Part shown: piece after piece, positions 32,701-33,368 of the stretch
Numbering within the stretch: position 1 is the stretch's first letter
Layout of the letters: the number at the start of each line of letters is the position of its first letter
Source: Stramenopiles sp. TOSAG23-2
Taxonomy: Eukaryota
NCBI GenBank assembly: GCA_900128395.1
Contig: LT649358.1
Coordinates: forward strand, 1-33,368
Length of the DNA: 33,368 nt
Reading direction: 5' to 3'
Program-made: the position numbers and the translations under genes
The notes under the pieces: model-generated
Databases searched by the model: none
Told to the model about the DNA's origin: nothing
What the model saw: only the letters and a program-made list of their open reading frames with translations

Positions 32701-33331
32701 ATGTGTATATGTATGTGAATCAATAAACGACAAAAAGACTACAGCACACTTTTTAGCACAATCAAATAACACAAAAGAAGGTAGCTTTAAGAAGCTTAAA
32801 TTAGGAATGGAAATTGATTCTCGCAGTAAACGGAAGAGAAGTACTGTAGTAAATTTTACAACTTTAAAAAGGATTGAAAAAGTGCGAAAAACTTACTTTG
32901 ATCGCAAATTGGATATGAATGATTACTATGAAGTACAAAGTGTTGTGGATCTGCAAATACCGGATCAAATTGTTAACCGTGAGAGACTGATCCACTATCA
33001 AAAGTTTTTTCACCAAGAAACGGGGGAAGTTTTGGTGTTTCCTTTGTTGTCAGACTTGCAAGTTACAGTAGGATTTTTGATTTTTCGCCGACATACTTCT
33101 AAGAAAGCAAAAGGGTATTTTAGAACGAAGATTCTTGTTGCAGAATTTTTACAAAAACATGCAGACATGTTGTCATCACAAAGTCAAGACATACCAGCAA
33201 TCTTGTTTAAAATTCTTTTCAGCCATTTGCAAATATTTGCTTTGTCAAAATTTCTATTGGTCCCATGGTCTGGCACTTCATTATCAACATTTGAATTTGC
33301 CTGGGACTTATCTACATTATTTGGTATGTAG
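29732..33331 (+). CDS. Receptor-like membrane protein (signal, EGF, two OpuAC/glycine-betaine-binding-like domains, Cys-rich repeats, TM, GAF-like); probably continues beyond the window
   Basis: EGF pattern CNIDNDC...CICSAGRFGSNC. Binding-domain motifs NWESQ, FLEGW, VGYEGRNGWY, PFLFYWWMPD and CDFP. Cys repeats CKPCPSGTYS. TM segment VWISVTVLLAFIMLFVLY. Confidence 0.7.
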   Translation: MHSNCLFNPSPINIILSIIIRLFSIIIVYVLSVSSASVCNIDNDCIGGGICDKFEGCICSAGRFGSNCQQKIFDIGTTYNTNLDGTKRCFNTVKPIPITTYYSEIRICFNNWESQLLASEVFLIITKELIGWPTRAYYFKDNTENAHDNLDVLANGECHIFLEGWLENVHYAKGMERHVFQNSSQKVLFFPDVGYEGRNGWYINSKSIRKNFPTDVYAAFKKMNVLQDMIASPFNSTKYLQNCSGNQDLCDTVSGTYKNSICQAAVPCGKLYASRTNYAKNLIQRQIKALGLNLEVEWLGYNGLKNAVRSHLDSDTPFLFYWWMPDPFIIENNDKVSRVKLPSYDSSIFKTTGGCDFPLDALGKFVSATLPSVVTNFVEKFKIKPSLINALLSLNRKSGGENKWNTACRTLKESANLESFLTIIPGKQDEKNTVRLAFRPKDHSGTILANVLQQLIQQTLGMNAILIPSNNDMEGRWKVANRHADMYVGMKYMPGHNLITENEFLQFFNFNLGFQSQLGLYLYVPTSLPVKATSINHYLYAAELRKWLPPLGTYDSDNAASCVLWWCLDSNVTNSTNKYNDGGHFVPTWCNKQNNESLCGEILISDGVTDLPAWSIVAEMIQNLQLPFALVFVNKTTLSSALNNNGKYVILYLSKQDIDMTDELFRFQLPGFKSSCISSATPTSYSYNNRYLGSYNCDFPIQNVYITAGKRIWQKPEALHLLLERFQIPSYELKKMIQAFITDTQNNTAEILASTWIGKNYHTWTPWIAGCEKTPGYFGIRGKCKPCPSGTYSTVGSNVCRLCHENSYSLANGSSTCISCPDNTATIIEGANRVKDCVCTQGIGHAQMGCSVCPERGVCFMGNVYAPNGYWRHQNYTNEIFKCPYFPSCLGVSIDTLWSSNIGNGNRVEMCYENFDGNLCNKCKDGYGKAISGICEKCSSNASVWISVTVLLAFIMLFVLYRGSRGPRVHRKEIEGYLDELRTAIEADTACVYVCESINDKKTTAHFLAQSNNTKEGSFKKLKLGMEIDSRSKRKRSTVVNFTTLKRIEKVRKTYFDRKLDMNDYYEVQSVVDLQIPDQIVNRERLIHYQKFFHQETGEVLVFPLLSDLQVTVGFLIFRRHTSKKAKGYFRTKILVAEFLQKHADMLSSQSQDIPAILFKILFSHLQIFALSKFLLVPWSGTSLSTFEFAWDLSTLFGM

Positions 33332-33368
33332 GTATTATTATGTTGTGAGGTATCAAAGCTTTCCTCTG

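Noticed and set aside
1..33368. Giant virus or prokaryotic origin suggested by intronless dense genes
   Set aside because: Gene content (AK7, kinesin, F-BAR-PH, importin-alpha) and microsatellite-rich intergenic DNA are cellular eukaryotic. No viral hallmark genes or operon structure were seen.

Overview
This is AT-rich, gene-dense eukaryotic DNA with no intron evident inside any complete gene. Proteins are rich in Asn homopolymers, and an AK7-like gene points to a flagellated protist; a marine stramenopile-like MAG or SAG is plausible but is my inference only. There are about 12 protein-coding genes, mostly in divergent and convergent pairs: a multi-domain glycosyltransferase (two GT31/Fringe-like domains plus GT61), a coiled-coil protein, a SAM methyltransferase-like protein, a multi-ubiquitin-like fusion, an F-BAR-PH protein, pirin, an AK7-like protein, a SNF2 (SHPRH/Rad5-like) ATPase, a kinesin, a TauD dioxygenase, an importin-alpha derivative and a large receptor-like protein with two substrate-binding domains. 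The clearest structural anomaly is four perfect, essentially blunt tandem duplications (236, 115, 105 and 106 bp). Two of them frameshift conserved genes, and deleting one copy restores the reading frame exactly. Assembly artefact is the most likely cause, but reads should be checked. The most interesting biological candidates are: an importin-alpha whose IBB domain is replaced by a novel N-terminus with an F-box-like motif; a receptor with a GAF-like domain inserted after its first TM helix; a ubiquitin fusion with K63E and an NLS/SIM tail; and an oriented TCCGTC promoter motif. I saw no RNA genes, CRISPR arrays or transposase.
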